From positions 1 to 64,000 of the forward strand of contig JAWLHK010000006.1 of the NCBI GenBank assembly GCA_041690355.1: DNA of 64,000 nt. The letters run 5' to 3'. This document shows positions 9,441 through 18,688 of this stretch, piece after piece (within the stretch, counting starts at the first letter, position 1; each line of letters opens with the position of its first letter). The notes beneath the pieces were generated by a model, which saw only the letters and a program-made list of their open reading frames with translations, searched no databases and was not told the DNA's origin. A program made the position numbers and the translations under genes. The DNA is from a bacterium. Lineage in GTDB: Bacteria; J088; JAWLBW01.

Positions 9441-9971
9441 ATGATTTATCGCTTTGATGCCAAGAGCCCGGCTGTCCCGCCCGACGTCTATCTGGCGCCG
9501 GGCTGCGCCGTCATCGGCGACGTCGAGCTGGGGCCGCAGGCGAGCGTCTGGTTCGGGTCGGTGCTGCGCGGCGACGTCAACTTCATCCGCGTCGGCGCGC
9601 GCACGAACATCCAGGATCAGACCATGGTGCACGTCTCGTCGGGCACCTGGCCGACGCTGATCGGCGCCGACGTGACGGTCGGCCACAAGGTGATGATTCA
9701 CGGCTGCACGATCGGCGACCGGGTGCTCGTCGGCATGCGCGCGGTCATCCTCGACGGCTGCGAAATCGGCGAGGAGTCGATCATCGGCGCGGGGAGCGTC
9801 GTGCTCGAGGGCACGAAGATCCCTCCGCGCAGCCTGGTCGTCGGCTATCCGGCGAAGGTCAAGCGCACGATCGGCGATCAGGAAGTGCAACGGATTGTGA
9901 ACTCGGCGGCGCACTATGCGCAGCTTGCCGAGCGCTACCGGACCGGCGCGCTGGTGCCGGTGCAACGGTAG
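9441..9971 (+). CDS. Gamma carbonic anhydrase family hexapeptide-repeat protein
   Basis: [37 protein letters not shown]; alternative start at 9426. Confidence 0.92.
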   Translation: MIYRFDAKSPAVPPDVYLAPGCAVIGDVELGPQASVWFGSVLRGDVNFIRVGARTNIQDQTMVHVSSGTWPTLIGADVTVGHKVMIHGCTIGDRVLVGMRAVILDGCEIGEESIIGAGSVVLEGTKIPPRSLVVGYPAKVKRTIGDQEVQRIVNSAAHYAQLAERYRTGALVPVQR

Positions 9972-9986
9972 GATGGCAGGGGAACG

Positions 9987-10463
9987 ATGTCGAACGTCAC
10001 CACATTTCTGAAGAGCATTCTCCTCTTCCGCAACTTCACCGAGAAGGAGCTGGCGCGCGTCGTCGAAATCGCCGAAGAGCGCACCGTGCCCTCGAACACG
10101 ATTGTGTTTTCGGAAGAGAGCATCGGCAACGCCCTCTACATCGTCCGCGAAGGCCACGTGCGCGTCTCCAAGGAGATTGAAGGGCATGGCAACCTGCCGC
10201 TGCTCGTGCTCGGGCAGGGCGAGTTCTTCGGCGAAATGGCCCTCATCCGCCCCGGCCCTCGCCTCGTGACGGTCAAGACCCTGGAGACCACCGAGCTTGT
10301 GGTATTCTCGAAAGAGAAATGGGATACCTTCGCCACGGCCCACCCGGCCATCGCCAAGAAAGTGACCGATCTCATCAGCAACTGGTTCCTGCTGAAGCTG
10401 CGCCGGTCGAACGCCGAGTTCAACCGCTTCATCGCGTGGCGGCTCGATCAGTCCGGCGTCTGA
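9987..10463 (+). CDS. Cyclic nucleotide-binding domain protein
   Basis: LYIVREGHV...GEFFGEMAL...PRLVTV; no HTH seen. Confidence 0.85.
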   Translation: MSNVTTFLKSILLFRNFTEKELARVVEIAEERTVPSNTIVFSEESIGNALYIVREGHVRVSKEIEGHGNLPLLVLGQGEFFGEMALIRPGPRLVTVKTLETTELVVFSKEKWDTFATAHPAIAKKVTDLISNWFLLKLRRSNAEFNRFIAWRLDQSGV

Positions 10464-11119
10464 TCCGCTTCTCGCTTCTCGGCGGCCTGCTCACCGCCCC
10501 GGCGGCCTGCGGCAGCGCAGCCACTTACGTCCCCCGCGAAAACGGCGGCGCCGTCGTCACCGATGGCCGGGCCTCGGCCCGCAGCGGCCCCGTCGGCATC
10601 ACGGTCGAATACTGGCCCATGCACGACGCCCCGCCGGCCGCCCGGCGCACCCTCATCGCCTTTCGCGTCGGGTTGCGGAACTATGGGGACAAGGCCATCG
10701 CCGTCGAGCCGACCGATTTCTACCTGTTCGACGCCGAGGGCACGCAATATCCCATCGTGACGGTCGACGCCATGCGTGACCTGCTGCAGCAGGGGCCGGC
10801 GATGGGGTTCGGCATGGGCTACGAGCCCGGCTGGTGGGACCCCTGGTACGACCCGTGGTACGACCCCTGGTATCCGCGCTCGGGCTGGATCGGCCCCTGG
10901 GGCGGGTGGGGCGGCTGGTACTCGCCGGGGAACCCGAACCTGTACGCCGACGTCTTCGTCGACAGCCTGTTTCCGACGACGCCGCTGCAGCCGGGGGCGC
11001 GCCTGCGCGGCACGGTCTACTTCCGCGGCGCCGTGAAGGGGCATGAGACCCTGCGTCTCGAGGTGCGCCTGCCGCGGGGCATGGTGCAGCCCTTCCGCTT
11101 CCAGCTCCAGGAAGAATAG
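10436..11119 (+). CDS. Putative lipoprotein with Ig-like (DUF4352-like) fold and Trp/Tyr/Pro/Gly-rich insert; start uncertain
   Basis: Hydrophobic signal ending [23 protein letters not shown]...[17 protein letters not shown] repeats. Confidence 0.65.
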   Translation: MAARSVRRLIRFSLLGGLLTAPAACGSAATYVPRENGGAVVTDGRASARSGPVGITVEYWPMHDAPPAARRTLIAFRVGLRNYGDKAIAVEPTDFYLFDAEGTQYPIVTVDAMRDLLQQGPAMGFGMGYEPGWWDPWYDPWYDPWYPRSGWIGPWGGWGGWYSPGNPNLYADVFVDSLFPTTPLQPGARLRGTVYFRGAVKGHETLRLEVRLPRGMVQPFRFQLQEE

Positions 11120-11182
11120 CCGCCCGCACCCGGGGGAGGGCGGTTTTCCCACGAAAAAAGGGTTCCCCTTGCGGAGAACCCT
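11120..11182. terminator. Back-to-back intrinsic terminators between convergent genes
   Basis: CCGCCC..GGGCGG-TTTT (plus strand) and AAAAAAGGGTTC..GAACCCTT (minus strand, after secF). Confidence 0.6.
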
Positions 11183-11207
11183 TGGAAAACGGACGGGCGC
11201 TGCGGCC

Positions 11208-12167
11208 TCAGCCCTTGGCGGCCGCCTTGACCTTGCGGTGCCCCTTCGCGGGGGTGCCCTTGGTGCCACCCTTGCGCGTATGCCAGTCGATGACCACCGG
11301 CGCCGCGATGTAGATGGACGAATAGGTACCGGCGACGACGCCGACGATCATCGTGAAGGCGAAGTCGTTGAGCACGCTGCCGCCGACGAAGAACAGAATC
11401 AGGCTCACCACGAACAGGGTCGCGCTGGTCAGCACCGAGCGGCCCAGCGTCTGGTTCAGCGAGGCGTTCACGATCTCGGCGAAGGTCTTCGTGCGGATGA
11501 GCCGCATGTTCTCGCGGATGCGGTCGTAGATGACGACCGTGTCGTTGATCGAGAAGCCGATGATCGTCAGAATGGCCGCGATGACCGTCAGGTTCAGCTC
11601 CTTGCCGAAGAAGGCGAAGAAGGCCAGCACGACGAGCGTGTCGTGCACCAGGGCCAGAATGGCGCCGGCGGCGAACTTGAAGTCGAAGCGGAAGCCGACG
11701 TAGATCAGGATGCCGAGGAACGAGAGGATGACGGCGAACAGCCCCTGACGGCGCAGATCTTCGCCCGCGCGGGGACCGACCAGATCTTCGCGTAGAACCT
11801 TGTAGCTGCCGGCGCCGAACTTTTCGTCGAGCGAGCCCTCGATGACCGCGGCCACCGAGGGGGCGTTCTCGACCTCGACGGCGGCGACGCGCACGAGGTA
11901 TTCGTTGTCGCCCTGCAGGCCGATCCCCTGCACGACGGTTTCGCCCAGGCCGAGCCCTTCGACCGCCGAGCGCACGTCGCCGGCCGCGACCTCCTGGTTG
12001 AACTGGACGTGCACTTCGGTGCCGCCCGTGAAGTCGATGCCCATCGGCAGCCCGCCGCGCAGGACGGTGGCGATGATGCCCGCCACGATGATGGCGATCG
12101 AGATGCCGAGCATGAGCCGGCGCTTGCTGATGAAGTCGATGTTGGTTCCCGGTTTTACGAATTCCAT
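11208..12167 (-). CDS. secF: Protein translocase subunit SecF
   Basis: GIDFTGG, HD, GFSINDTVVIYDRIRE, GTYSSIYIA. Confidence 0.96.
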   Translation of the reverse strand: MEFVKPGTNIDFISKRRLMLGISIAIIVAGIIATVLRGGLPMGIDFTGGTEVHVQFNQEVAAGDVRSAVEGLGLGETVVQGIGLQGDNEYLVRVAAVEVENAPSVAAVIEGSLDEKFGAGSYKVLREDLVGPRAGEDLRRQGLFAVILSFLGILIYVGFRFDFKFAAGAILALVHDTLVVLAFFAFFGKELNLTVIAAILTIIGFSINDTVVIYDRIRENMRLIRTKTFAEIVNASLNQTLGRSVLTSATLFVVSLILFFVGGSVLNDFAFTMIVGVVAGTYSSIYIAAPVVIDWHTRKGGTKGTPAKGHRKVKAAAKG

Positions 12168-12179
12168 GTGGAACCTTCC

Positions 12180-13886
12180 TTACTTGCCGGTGGAGGCGGG
12201 TACGGTGATACCGACCGGAATCTTGCGATTGCCGCGGCGGCCCACCCACTGTTCGAAAATCATCTTCGAGACGACGACCGCCGTGAAGATGGAGCTCAGC
12301 AGACCGATCGTCAGCGTGACGGCGAACCCTTTGATCGGCCCGGTGCCGAACTGGAAGAGCACGACCGCGGCCACGAGGCCGGTCACCTGGGCGTCGATGA
12401 TCGTCCACAGCGCCTTGGCGTAGCCGGCTTCGAGCGCCGAACGGCTGCTCTTGCCGAGCCGCAGCTCTTCGCGCATGCGTTCGAAGATGAGGATGTTCGC
12501 GTCGATGGCCATGCCGATCGTGAGCACGATGCCCGCGATGCCCGGCAGGGTGAGCGTCGCCTCGAACATCGAGAGGAGGCCGAGGATGAACAGAATGTTC
12601 AGCAGCAGGGCCAGGTCGGCCACGATGCCGGCGAGGCTGTAGTAGACCACCATAAAGATGAAGATGGCCGCCGCCGCAATCAGCACCGAGGTGATGCCGG
12701 CGCGGATGGAGTCGGCGCCGAGGGTCGGGCCCACGAGGCGCTTCTCGGCCAGCTCGACCGGCGCGGGCAGGGCGCCCGAGCGCAGCGCGATGGCCAGGTC
12801 GCGGGCTTCGTCCATCGTGAAGGCGCCCGAGATCTGCGCCTGGCCGCCCGGAATCGCTTCGCGGATGGTCGGCGCGCTGCGCACCGTGTTGTCGAGCACG
12901 ATGGCCAGGTTGCGGCCGACGTTGGCCCCCGTGATGTCGGCGAACCGGTCGGCCCCTTCGCTGTTGAAGTTCAGGCTCACGTACGGTTCGTTGTACTGCG
13001 TGTTGATGGCCACCTCGGCGTTGTCGATGGCGTCACCCGTCAGCAGCGGCTTGTCCTGCACGAGGTAGGCAACGCGGCGGCCCCCTTCGAAACGGCCGAA
13101 GAGCACCATCGTGCCGCGCGGCAGCTGGCCGGCGAGCAGCTCGTTCAGCCGGGCCACGTTCTTCGGCGCCGTCGGGGCCGTCTGCAGCGTGGGTTCCTGC
13201 TGATAAGCCTGGCGCACCCATTGGTCGAGGGTCGACGAAGCGACCATCGTCTCGACCAGGCGGAACTCGAGCTGCGCCGTGCTCTGAATCAGATCGAGCG
13301 CGCGCTGCGGATCCTGGATGCCGGGCAGCTGCACGACGATGCGATCGTCACCCTTGCGCACGACGTCGGCTTCGCGCACGCCGAACTGGTCGATGCGGTT
13401 GCGAATCGTGTCGAGGGCCTGGCGCACGGCCAGATCGCGCAGATCGCGGCGGGCCACCTCTTTCAGCGCGAAACGCACGGCGCCGGGGTCGCTCGAAACG
13501 ACGTCGAGGGTCGGGTACTGATCGGCGGCGATGTCGCGAAGCTGGCGCTGCCCCTCGGCCGTCGTCGAGACGACGATCTCGCCCCCTTCGATCTCAGCCT
13601 CGGCCTGTACGTTCTGCTTCTTCAGAAGGTCGACCATCGACTCGCCGGTGAAGACGAGGCGATTGCGCACGGCCGCTTCGGTATCGACGGCGAGGTCGAC
13701 GTGCATGCCCCCCTGCAGGTCGAGGCCGAGGTTCAGCGTGCGCTCCGTGAGCGTCCCCTTCCACCACGAGGGCAGCTGGGGATTGCCGTTCGCATCCTTG
13801 GCGACGAGCGTGGGCACGAGAAAATAAATGGACAGCGCGGTCAGCACGATCGTGCCGATCCAGCGCCAGAGCTTCAAGTCCAACAT
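12180..13886 (-). CDS. secD: Protein translocase subunit SecD
   Basis: LGLDLQGG, RNRIDQFGV, LRSGALP, GMAIDANILIFER. Confidence 0.97.
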   Translation of the reverse strand: MLDLKLWRWIGTIVLTALSIYFLVPTLVAKDANGNPQLPSWWKGTLTERTLNLGLDLQGGMHVDLAVDTEAAVRNRLVFTGESMVDLLKKQNVQAEAEIEGGEIVVSTTAEGQRQLRDIAADQYPTLDVVSSDPGAVRFALKEVARRDLRDLAVRQALDTIRNRIDQFGVREADVVRKGDDRIVVQLPGIQDPQRALDLIQSTAQLEFRLVETMVASSTLDQWVRQAYQQEPTLQTAPTAPKNVARLNELLAGQLPRGTMVLFGRFEGGRRVAYLVQDKPLLTGDAIDNAEVAINTQYNEPYVSLNFNSEGADRFADITGANVGRNLAIVLDNTVRSAPTIREAIPGGQAQISGAFTMDEARDLAIALRSGALPAPVELAEKRLVGPTLGADSIRAGITSVLIAAAAIFIFMVVYYSLAGIVADLALLLNILFILGLLSMFEATLTLPGIAGIVLTIGMAIDANILIFERMREELRLGKSSRSALEAGYAKALWTIIDAQVTGLVAAVVLFQFGTGPIKGFAVTLTIGLLSSIFTAVVVSKMIFEQWVGRRGNRKIPVGITVPASTGK

Positions 13887-13898
13887 GAAAATTCACCC

Positions 13899-14246
13899 TT
13901 ACTTGGTTTCGGTGGGCGCAGGCTGTACCAGCCCCTGGACGGAACCGCGCTGCACCTTGATGCGGACGTTATCGGCAACCTGGAGCGTGATGACGTCGTC
14001 GGTCAGGGCGTGAATCCTGCCGATGATTCCTCCCGTGGTATAGACCTCGTCACCCTTCTGCAGCCGGCCCAGCAGCTGCTGATGCTCTTTGAGCTTCTTC
14101 TGCTGCGGGCGGATGAGAAGGAAATAGAAAATCGCAAACATGATGATGAGCATGACGAAACCCGAGTAGGGGCTCGCCTGCCCGCCGTCACCTTGCGGGG
14201 GGGCCATGGACACGAGCGTCTGAATCCAGTGCGACGTGTTGATCAT
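13899..14246 (-). CDS. yajC: Preprotein translocase subunit YajC
   Basis: IFYFLLIRPQQKK...KGDEVYTTGGIIG; directly upstream of secD. Confidence 0.93.
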   Translation of the reverse strand: MINTSHWIQTLVSMAPPQGDGGQASPYSGFVMLIIMFAIFYFLLIRPQQKKLKEHQQLLGRLQKGDEVYTTGGIIGRIHALTDDVITLQVADNVRIKVQRGSVQGLVQPAPTETK

Positions 14247-14443
14247 CGTCTCTCCCTGTTCGCTCCCACGGAGCTGCGGATAAAGACATTGATTATAGCC
14301 GAAGCGAAAATTCGGCTGCAAATCGGGTGCTTCGGAAAGTATGGGAAGTATGGGCGAAAGCGGGGCGCTCCCGCAGGGGGAGGCAGCGAACGCGCGGCCG
14401 GGCTTGCGCGCGCGCGCGGCCATCGGGCACGCTATGAGGCTGC

Positions 14444-15481
14444 ATGAAGCTCTCTGATTACGATTTCGACCTGCCCGAAGACCGCATTGCCGCTTATCCT
14501 GCCGACCGGCGTGACGAAAGCCGCCTGCTCGTGCTCGACCGCGTCCGGGGGGCCTGGTCGCACCGCCGCATGGCCGAATTTCCCGCCTTTCTCGCCGCCG
14601 GCGATCTGCTGGTCGTGAATAATACGCGGGTGCTCCCGGCCCGCGTCTTCGGCCGCAAGGCCTCAGGCGGGCGGGTCGAGCTGCTCTTCGTGCGTCCGGC
14701 GGCGGCGCCGGGGCGTTGGCTGGCCCTCGCCAACGGGGGCAACCTGCGGGAGGGGACCACGGTCGACGTCGCCGGCACGCCGATCACGCTCGCCGCGCGC
14801 GAAGGGGGGGCCTGGGAGGTCGCCGTCGAGGGTGACGTGCACGATCTGCTCGAGCGGGCCGGCGAGCTGCCGCTGCCGCCGTACATCGTCCAGCGGCGCC
14901 GATCGCTGGCGGCCGGAGACCGGTGGGAGGCCGATCGCGAACGTTACCAGACCGTCTTCGCGGCCGAGTCGGGAGCCGTGGCCGCCCCCACGGCCGGCCT
15001 GCACTTCACGCCGCAGTTGCTCGAGACCCTGACGCAGCAGGGGGTCGAGCGGGCCGAGGTGACGCTGCACGTCGGGCCGGGAACGTTTCTGCCCGTGCGC
15101 AGCGACGATCCGCGCGAACATCGCATGCACGCCGAAGAGGTCGCCGTAGGCCGCGCGGCGGTCGACGCAGTGGAGGCCTGCCGCGCGCGGGGCGGTTCGG
15201 TCGTCGCCGTCGGCACCACCGTCGTGCGCACCCTCGAGGGGGTGGCCGGGCGGTGCGGGGGGCTGGCGCCGTATCAGGGCGACGTCGACACGTTCATCCT
15301 GCCGGGGCACCGCTTTCAGGTGGCCGACCGGCTGCTCACGAACTTTCACCTCCCGCGGTCGACCCTGCTCATGCTCGTCGCCGCCCTGACCGGGCGCGAG
15401 CTGCTGCTCGAGGCCTACCGCGACGCCGTGCGCGAGGGGTACCGGTTCTACTCCTACGGCGACGCCATGCTCGTCCTCTGA
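14444..15481 (+). CDS. queA: S-adenosylmethionine:tRNA ribosyltransferase-isomerase
   Basis: PLPPYI, YQTVFA, AVAAPTAGLHFT, TNFHLPRSTL, YRFYSYGDAM. Confidence 0.96.
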   Translation: MKLSDYDFDLPEDRIAAYPADRRDESRLLVLDRVRGAWSHRRMAEFPAFLAAGDLLVVNNTRVLPARVFGRKASGGRVELLFVRPAAAPGRWLALANGGNLREGTTVDVAGTPITLAAREGGAWEVAVEGDVHDLLERAGELPLPPYIVQRRRSLAAGDRWEADRERYQTVFAAESGAVAAPTAGLHFTPQLLETLTQQGVERAEVTLHVGPGTFLPVRSDDPREHRMHAEEVAVGRAAVDAVEACRARGGSVVAVGTTVVRTLEGVAGRCGGLAPYQGDVDTFILPGHRFQVADRLLTNFHLPRSTLLMLVAALTGRELLLEAYRDAVREGYRFYSYGDAMLVL

Positions 15482-15634
15482 CGAGCCACGCGCACGGGTT
15501 GGGGCCGGCGGGCCTGGTGCTGTGGAAACGCTGTTCTGAAACGGGTGCAATCTGCACCTGGAGCGCCCGCCGGGCCTGCGCTTGCATGGCGGGAGGGTGC
15601 GTGTTAAGGTGTTGTCACACGCCCGGAGGGTTCT

Positions 15635-15982
15635 TTGTATAAACCGCTCCCCGAAGTACGAAAATTCAGTCGGGCCCCGCTTGCGACCCGCGTCAACTGC
15701 CTGGGCCCCGGCACGTTTTTCTCCGACTTCACGATCAACGTGAGCGAGGGGGGGATGATGCTGCAGGCCATCAGCGAGGTGCGTCCCGGCACCGAGCTCG
15801 AGGTCCAGTTCTCCATTCCCGGTTCGGGCAAGGTCATCAAGGCGGTCGCCGAGGTGGTCTGGACCCGCAAGAACCCGCGCGGAGAGGCCCAGATCGGCGT
15901 CGGTCTGGGCGTGCGCTTCAAACGCATTGAACGCGACGAGCAGGCGACCATCCGCCGCTTCGTCGAAACGCAGTCGGCCTGA
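15635..15982 (+). CDS. Stand-alone PilZ domain protein
   Basis: RKFSR (RxxxR), NVSEGG, AEVVW, GVRF. Confidence 0.85.
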   Translation: MYKPLPEVRKFSRAPLATRVNCLGPGTFFSDFTINVSEGGMMLQAISEVRPGTELEVQFSIPGSGKVIKAVAEVVWTRKNPRGEAQIGVGLGVRFKRIERDEQATIRRFVETQSA

Positions 15983-16013
15983 GCCGCCGCCGAATTTTCC
16001 CCCTCCCGTTCGT

Positions 16014-16406
16014 TCAGGACGCGCGCGAACGCAGCAGCGGCGCGGGCGGAATCGAGCCCCAGAACACCTGCTGCCCGGCGATCCGTCCCCCTGTCACCGT
16101 GAAGATCTCCAGGTAGGTCATCATCCCCTCGGCATGCTCGACGATCACCTCGTCGCCGGTCTGCCAGAAGCGGCGCACGTCGACCCGCGGCGCCTCGGGC
16201 ATGTTCGAGAAGGCGGCGTAGTAGTACTTGAGGATGTTTTCGACCCCCGAGGCCAGGATGTCGGTGTGGCCGAGCAGAAAGCCGACCCCCGGATCGCGCA
16301 GCACCGCCTCGGGCGCATACAGCGTGCGCATCGTATCCAGGTCGCCTTTCTGAAAGGCGGTGTAGAATTCGCGGACGGGGGAGGGGAGATCCTGAACGGC
16401 GGGCAT
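16014..16406 (-). CDS. SnoaL-like/NTF2 family protein
   Basis: VREFYTAFQKGDLD..LYAPEAVLRDP..G..I; 130 aa. Confidence 0.75.
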   Translation of the reverse strand: MPAVQDLPSPVREFYTAFQKGDLDTMRTLYAPEAVLRDPGVGFLLGHTDILASGVENILKYYYAAFSNMPEAPRVDVRRFWQTGDEVIVEHAEGMMTYLEIFTVTGGRIAGQQVFWGSIPPAPLLRSRAS

Positions 16407-16538
16407 GGTCGACTCCGGGGAAAAGAGGGTAGGGTAGCCGACCGCGCGCCCGGTGACAAGCCGCGGGCGGGGCGTGCGACGCTGCACGGGGAAAAAACGG
16501 GCGTGATTCCCCCCCGGGGATTCTATATACTGGCTGAC

Positions 16539-17348
16539 ATGTCTTCGCGAACCCTGTTCGTGCTCAGCGACAGCACCGGTTCGACCGCCGAAAAGGTGAC
16601 CCGCGCCGCCGTCATGCAGTTCTCCGACGCCGACGTGCGCATCCGCCGCTTTCCCAACATCCGCACCGAGGCCGCCCTGCGCCGCGCCCTCGAGCTCGCC
16701 CGCGACGAAGACGCGCTCGTCGTGCACACCATCGGGTTGCGCACCCTGCGCGATCTCGCCAATTACGAAACCGAGCGGCAGGGCATTCAGGCGCTCGACC
16801 TGCTCGGACCGCTGCTCACGAAGCTCTCGACCTACCTGGGACGCGCCCCGTACAACCTGCCGGGCCTTCTGCACCAGCTCGACGAAGACTACTTTCACCG
16901 GGTCGATGCCGTCGAGTTCGCCGTGCGCCACGACGACGGCATGGGCATCGATACGATTCAAGGCGCCGATCTCATTCTCGCCGGCGTGAGCCGCACCTCG
17001 AAGACCCCCCTGAGCATGTACCTCGCGCACCTCGGCTACCGCGTGGGCAACGTGCCCATCGTTCCCGGAATTCCCCCGCCCGAACAGCTGCTCACGGCGC
17101 CGAAAGAGAAGGTCTTCGGCCTCATCATCCGCCCCGAGTCGCTCGTGCGGGTGCGCGAAGAGCGCCTGCGCAAACTGGGGGTCCAGAAAAAGACCAGTTA
17201 CGTGGATGGGCGGTCCATTCAGCAGGAGCTCGCCCAGGCGCGCAGGCTGTATGAGGAACAGGGGTGGCGCGTCATCGACGTGAGCGGCAAGGCGGTCGAA
17301 GAGGTCGCCACCGAGCTCATGACCCACCTCGGGGCGCACGAAGGCTGA
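16539..17348 (+). CDS. ppsR: PEP synthase/PPDK regulatory protein (DUF299 kinase/pyrophosphorylase)
   Basis: SDSTGSTAE, HDDG, GVSRTSKTPLSMYLA, N-V-P, VEEVA. Confidence 0.93.
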   Translation: MSSRTLFVLSDSTGSTAEKVTRAAVMQFSDADVRIRRFPNIRTEAALRRALELARDEDALVVHTIGLRTLRDLANYETERQGIQALDLLGPLLTKLSTYLGRAPYNLPGLLHQLDEDYFHRVDAVEFAVRHDDGMGIDTIQGADLILAGVSRTSKTPLSMYLAHLGYRVGNVPIVPGIPPPEQLLTAPKEKVFGLIIRPESLVRVREERLRKLGVQKKTSYVDGRSIQQELAQARRLYEEQGWRVIDVSGKAVEEVATELMTHLGAHEG

Positions 17349-17370
17349 CCCGCCCGCGGAGCCCCCTTCC

Positions 17371-18291
17371 ATGTTCCGCCACTACCTCGACCTCGAGTAT
17401 CCGATTGCCGCCGCCCAGCTCGTCTTCACCATGCTGGGCATGGGGGCCGCGCTGCGCCCGGGCGACTTTCTGCATCTGCTGCGGGCGCCCCGGGCGCTCG
17501 TGACGGGCATCGTCTACCAGCTCGTGGCCGTGCCGCTTCTGGCGGCGGCCTGGGTCTTTCTCTTCCCCCTCGACGCGGGGCTCGCGGTGGGCCTCTTCAT
17601 TCTCGCCGCCGTGCCCGGCGGCTCGCTCTCCAACGTCTTTACCTGGCTGGGCGGGGGCAACGTGCCGCTCTCGATTTCGCTCACGGCGGTGCTCACCCTG
17701 GGCGCCCTGGGCACCACGCCGCTGCTGCTTTCGCTGCTTACGGCGGGGGCCCTGCCCGGCCTCGTCATGCCGGTGGGGCGCATGCTGGCCGAGATCGTGC
17801 TGCTTCTGCTGCTCCCGCTCGCCGCGGGCATGAGCCTGCAGCGGCGTTTTCCCGGTGCGGCGCCGCGTCTCGCGCGCCTCTTTCTGCGCGGCGGTCTCGT
17901 GCTCGTCGGCGTCGTCGTCGTGGGGGCCCTGGGCAGCGGACGCATCCGCGTCGACGCCTACGGCTGGCTCGGCCCGCTTGTGCTCATCGGCTTCTGTCAC
18001 GCGGCTCTCTTCGGCGGCGAGCTGGCGGCGCGCCTGGCCGGCCTCGGGCATCGCGAACAGTTTGCCATCGGCATCGAGGCGGCCGCGCGCAATGGCAACC
18101 TCGCGCTGCTGCTGGCGGTCTCCCTCCTGCGTTCGGCTCCGGAACCCGTGGCCGCCGGGGCCGTCTTCGCCATTCTCTACTACGGCGGCACGGCGCTCGT
18201 GACCGGCCTGCTCGCCGTGCCGATCTACCGCGCCCGCGCCCGGAGGGTCGACGCCCGGGCGGCACGGCCCCCCTTCGTTACTCCGGGGTGA
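17371..18291 (+). CDS. Bile acid:sodium symporter family transporter
   Basis: MLGMG, PGGSLSNVFT, GNVPLSISLT, multiple TM helices. Confidence 0.85.
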   Translation: MFRHYLDLEYPIAAAQLVFTMLGMGAALRPGDFLHLLRAPRALVTGIVYQLVAVPLLAAAWVFLFPLDAGLAVGLFILAAVPGGSLSNVFTWLGGGNVPLSISLTAVLTLGALGTTPLLLSLLTAGALPGLVMPVGRMLAEIVLLLLLPLAAGMSLQRRFPGAAPRLARLFLRGGLVLVGVVVVGALGSGRIRVDAYGWLGPLVLIGFCHAALFGGELAARLAGLGHREQFAIGIEAAARNGNLALLLAVSLLRSAPEPVAAGAVFAILYYGGTALVTGLLAVPIYRARARRVDARAARPPFVTPG

Positions 18292-18688
18292 ACGGGCGCT
18301 CCGGTTCCCCTCCGGATCGGCCGGCGTGCCGGGCGACCATGCCGAGAAGACGGTCGAGGTCGACCGGCTTGCTCAGGTAGCCCGCCACATGCAGTGTTTC
18401 GGCCATGCGGGGGAGCATGCTGTGGCCCGAGAAGAGGACGATGGGCAGTTCGGCCAGCGCATCGTCGGTCTTCACCCGGCGCACCAGATCTTCGCCGCTC
18501 ATGTCGGGCATCATGAGGTCGACGATGGCCAGGGCCGGACGCAGGTGCGTGGCCAGAAACGCGAGGGCTTCGTTGCCATTGCGCACGCCCGCCGCGCGGT
18601 AGCCGTGTGACGTGAGCGCCAGCTGAAGCATCGTGCGCACGTCTTCGTCGTCTTCGACGATGAGCACCTGGGGCCCGTCAGACCGCAT
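18278..18688 (-). CDS. Single-domain response regulator
   Basis: VEDD, VDLMMP, FSG, LSKP. Confidence 0.9.
   Translation of the reverse strand: MRSDGPQVLIVEDDEDVRTMLQLALTSHGYRAAGVRNGNEALAFLATHLRPALAIVDLMMPDMSGEDLVRRVKTDDALAELPIVLFSGHSMLPRMAETLHVAGYLSKPVDLDRLLGMVARHAGRSGGEPERPFTPE

Noticed and set aside
9324-10343. Long N-terminal extension of GuaA
   Set aside because: Antisense to the gamma-CA and cNMP genes; GuaA homology starts at MDKIVIL.
12009-14447. Long antisense ORFs (also 23184-25070, 27228-29240, 35193-37355, 47132-49195, 53013-54968)
   Set aside because: Typical high-GC shadows of well-supported genes on the opposite strand.
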